Source: a virus (Duplodnaviria > Caudoviricetes). From it: a stretch of DNA of 64,000 bases. Numbering within the stretch: position 1 is the stretch's first letter; each line of letters starts with the position of its first letter. Shown piece after piece: positions 61,096 to 64,000 of this stretch. The notes below the pieces were generated by a model. It was not told where the DNA came from and did not search any database. It saw only the letters and a list, made by a program, of their open reading frames with translations. The stretch is taken from IMG/VR virus record IMGVR_UViG_3300037047_000246. One strand, given 5' to 3'. The position numbers and the translations under genes were made by a program.

Positions 61096-61938
61096 TCACC
61101 GAGCTCGCCTGCGCCACACAGTCATGGTGTCATTGATGCCAGGCCACTTCGGTATTTCGACCAAACCAGACATGTCGAACTTCTCACGCAAAACCTCGAA
61201 AAACTCTGGATCGGCCATAGTGTCGCTGGCAAGTTCGCCCACATACACCAAGTTTTCGCCGGTCCAATGTTGCAAACATTGGCTGGCCATCGAGCCTCTG
61301 GGCGGCCAGCACAATAGCAAGGTCCTGTCTCCGTACACTCTCAAATCGCTGGGTTGACCAGTTTGCACTTTGCTGTGCTGACGGGCATTGACGTGCCATG
61401 GGTTGCAGGCCGCCACCAAAGACTTGAGTGAACCCGGCGGAGACCTATCAAGCGCAACGACGTCCGCCCCCATTCGGCGCAGCAGCGCCGTCCAGTATCC
61501 GGTGCCGGCCCCCATTTCCACAATCGGTGACATGGACAAGACTTCGCTCAATGCGGTTTCTGTGGGAATAGCCCATGAGTACCTTGCAACCAACTTGTCT
61601 CTGTGCTCCACAACTCGGCGCACTAGCCCGGGGTTGTCTTCGAACTCCTTGTGCTGCGGACAACATTCCAGATATGCGCGCAGCAGCGGATTGAACTGCT
61701 GCGCGAGCTGCTCCTTGGCTTGCTTTGGCAGCTTCTTTATCCTTGCTTCTTCGCGCAGCGCGGCAGACTTGTCAATAACCTTTGCGCACCAGGCCACGGT
61801 CAGCGGCCCTCGCCCTCTGGTGTACTTCGCTCCACGCTTGCCAGACCTGTGCTCCTGAAGTCTCCGCGGCATGTTGTTTGTCACGCCAGTGTACATAGTT
61901 CCGCCGCCGCATCGAATCATGTAAACAACCCAGGACAT
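61096..61938 (-). CDS. GIY-YIG (UPF0213-like) nuclease fused to a class I SAM-dependent methyltransferase
   Basis: VYM...YTGVT...RRLQEH...GAKYT...E; then YSWAIP, EMGAGTGYW, VALD, LLLCWPP, VYVGE; GGAGG RBS. Confidence 0.8.
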   Translation of the reverse strand: MSWVVYMIRCGGGTMYTGVTNNMPRRLQEHRSGKRGAKYTRGRGPLTVAWCAKVIDKSAALREEARIKKLPKQAKEQLAQQFNPLLRAYLECCPQHKEFEDNPGLVRRVVEHRDKLVARYSWAIPTETALSEVLSMSPIVEMGAGTGYWTALLRRMGADVVALDRSPPGSLKSLVAACNPWHVNARQHSKVQTGQPSDLRVYGDRTLLLCWPPRGSMASQCLQHWTGENLVYVGELASDTMADPEFFEVLREKFDMSGLVEIPKWPGINDTMTVWRRRAR

Positions 61939-61978
61939 TTCCGGCCTCCAGGGTGACATACTGCACGAACGATTAGAC

Positions 61979-61983
61979 TTACA
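61979..61983 (-). promoter_or_regulatory. TGTAA box upstream of the GIY-YIG-methyltransferase gene
   Basis: ATGTAAGT, 40 nt before the ATG. Confidence 0.45.
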
Positions 61984-61984
61984 T

Positions 61985-64000
61985 CTATGGGCTCTTGGGC
62001 GTCGGCGGCACCTGGTCATCCGAGTCGAAGTCTCCGCGCTCCAGGTTGCTGATGTACTGGTCTTCCTCGGTCCACGATCCGTCCTCGTTGACGCTGCGGA
62101 CCATGAAGTGGGGGCCACTGCCTGAAATGATGCGCCACAGACTGCCTTTGGGGTGCACCTTGCCGCTCTTCGTCGAAACGGATCGGCGCAGGCGCACCGC
62201 CTTGTTCATTAGCGCCTTGCGCTCCTTGCGCTGCCGGTAGCGCAAGCGGCCCTCGTACGTCGGCCGGGGCGGCGGAGGCGCGTCCTCCACTGGCTTGACC
62301 GGGCGGTTGCCCGCGTGGTACTCCTCGGCCTCGAGCAGCATCGGAGCCCACTGCAGATAGTCGGCGCGAGTGCGCGGATCGTCGAAGAAGATTTTGAAGT
62401 CGCCTGGCTTGTACACGTCGACATTGAGCAAGCAATCGGCCGAGCACGTCAGCGTGCACCGGATGCCGCCCTCGTCGCGCCGGCTCCAATCTTGCCTCTC
62501 GCGGTTCCAGGCGTAGGTGCAGGTCCTGGCCTTCGGCTGCCACTTGACCACTCGAGCGAGCGTCCCTGGCCCGGGGTCCCCATGCGGCCGAAACCGGACC
62601 GGCCTGTAGTCGGTCCGAGCTGTGCGCCAGTCCCGATCCAGCCGGTCGCACTCCTTCTTGGCCTCGCGCAGCTCCCAGGCCACTTCCTGGCCGACGGTCA
62701 CCGACCCGTCCCGCAACGACTCGTTGCATCGACGCCGATAGGCCTCGAAGTCTGGCGCCTCGCCCGGAGTCAAAGCTCGCGAGTCGTCGTACACCAGCTC
62801 CAGCGCCGCCTCGAATCCGCGCGGATCCCACAAAGACCACTGCGGGTGCGGATGCAGCACGGGAGACCGGTCGAGCAGCCCTTGCAGCACGAGCACTAGC
62901 CGGTTGTGCTGGGCCATCTCGTCGCGTATATGCTTCAAGATATCGTCATAATAGACGTTGTCGTGCGAGAACGGCTTGTAATTCTTGGAATCGTGCGAAT
63001 GCCGAAAACGCCACTGATCTTTCTTCGGGGCTTTTTTCGCCTGGCGCTCTTCTTCGGCCTCCTGCTCAACCAGCTGCAGATACTGGCCCTCCGAAATGCA
63101 CGATCCCACGCGGCCCGACATCGAGACGCTCGCGTAGACTTTGTCACCCATCGGGTCTTCGGTCATGTCCGGAAACAGATGCTCGCCGAACTCTATGGCG
63201 GTGTTCAAGCGAAACAGCCGGTCGCCGTTGCGGATATACAGGAACGTCAGCTTGTCGAGCTGCAGCTTGTCCTGAATGCTGAAATACTCGGACAAATTGC
63301 GCCATTCGCGCTCTTTGTCGTTGCGGCGCACGCGGAATGCCACGATGCAGCGCGGGAACGGCAGAATGCGCTCAAGATTCTCCCGCTTGCCCAGCCATTT
63401 GTCGAAGGCGCGCAAGCTCTTGAACTCCATGCCGCCCGCCTTATAGTTGGCCAGGCACTCCTCGTCCATGTAGCAGCGGCGCTGCATCAGGTGCAGCTTT
63501 GCGCCCGATTCGGCGGGCTCACCGTCGCGCACTTGCTCGACTTGCTCGACCAGGCCTGCGTACAGCTCTACCGAGAAGATGCGCTGCTTGACCGCATCCA
63601 CGACAAGCCCCAAGAGATTGGCCTGCGCCTCAAGCGGAATCAGCTTGGCCTGCATCCATTCGCCCATTGCGCGGTTCGCCTGCTTGATCCGACTGAACAG
63701 CTGCGGCAGCTCTTCATCTTTGGCGCGCACCAGGGCAGCCTTGTACTCTTCGGCCGGCTGGTCCGAAGAGCGCAGCGCCAAGGCCTGCGCTTCGGAATGG
63801 CTGGACAGAGCCGGTGCCTCCACGATGGCGAGTCGAGACGTCACATCTCGCACCTGGCGCATCAGCCGCAGCACTTCGGCGCGGCGCTGCTCGATTTGCG
63901 CCTCGATGTGCGCGTCTGGCTGGGGCTCGAAGCGACACATCTCCCAAAACGTGTCCAAATGCACCCGCTGGCGCCGCGACGAAGGGCCGGCCTCGTGCAG
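61985..64000 (-). CDS. Large coiled-coil hypothetical protein, 5'-partial
   Basis: Frame is open to the window edge; higher GC than its neighbours. Confidence 0.6.
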   Translation of the reverse strand: MHEAGPSSRRQRVHLDTFWEMCRFEPQPDAHIEAQIEQRRAEVLRLMRQVRDVTSRLAIVEAPALSSHSEAQALALRSSDQPAEEYKAALVRAKDEELPQLFSRIKQANRAMGEWMQAKLIPLEAQANLLGLVVDAVKQRIFSVELYAGLVEQVEQVRDGEPAESGAKLHLMQRRCYMDEECLANYKAGGMEFKSLRAFDKWLGKRENLERILPFPRCIVAFRVRRNDKEREWRNLSEYFSIQDKLQLDKLTFLYIRNGDRLFRLNTAIEFGEHLFPDMTEDPMGDKVYASVSMSGRVGSCISEGQYLQLVEQEAEEERQAKKAPKKDQWRFRHSHDSKNYKPFSHDNVYYDDILKHIRDEMAQHNRLVLVLQGLLDRSPVLHPHPQWSLWDPRGFEAALELVYDDSRALTPGEAPDFEAYRRRCNESLRDGSVTVGQEVAWELREAKKECDRLDRDWRTARTDYRPVRFRPHGDPGPGTLARVVKWQPKARTCTYAWNRERQDWSRRDEGGIRCTLTCSADCLLNVDVYKPGDFKIFFDDPRTRADYLQWAPMLLEAEEYHAGNRPVKPVEDAPPPPRPTYEGRLRYRQRKERKALMNKAVRLRRSVSTKSGKVHPKGSLWRIISGSGPHFMVRSVNEDGSWTEEDQYISNLERGDFDSDDQVPPTPKSP

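Noticed and set aside
1-64000. CRISPR array, rRNA, integrase/transposase or stop-codon reassignment
   Set aside because: No repeat-spacer periodicity or such motifs were seen; conserved genes are intact under the standard bacterial code.

Overview
64 kb from a large (jumbo-type) contractile-tailed bacteriophage genome; the host cannot be determined from this window. 1-27.5 kb: baseplate, tail and fibre structural genes (+), including two proteins built from an unrecognised ~35-45 aa His-pair helical repeat, interrupted by an inverted ndk cassette. 27.5-39.8 kb: replication module with an intein-bearing SNF2 helicase, an apparently ATPase-dead DnaC-like loader, an intein-bearing DnaB, a stand-alone primase Zn-binding domain, DnaJ, a family A DNA polymerase and a ThyX-like pseudo-enzyme. 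40-51 kb: accessory genes (ECF-like sigma factor, YkgJ-type Cys-cluster protein, H1-like protein, second J-domain, nitrilase, HD and MazG nucleotidases, RuvA-CTD fusion). 51-59 kb: recombination genes (half Rad50, RecA, RuvC, gp32-like SSB). 59-64 kb: endolysin and a GIY-YIG-methyltransferase fusion. Most notable: two free-standing Zn-repeat/Vsr-like nuclease/GNAT genes. One sits at the catalytic Asp codon of ruvC and is flanked by a synonymously recoded duplicate of the ruvC start (MLTLGL on both sides). A TGTAA box recurs upstream of about 10 genes. All family assignments are from motif recognition by eye; no database searches were run.
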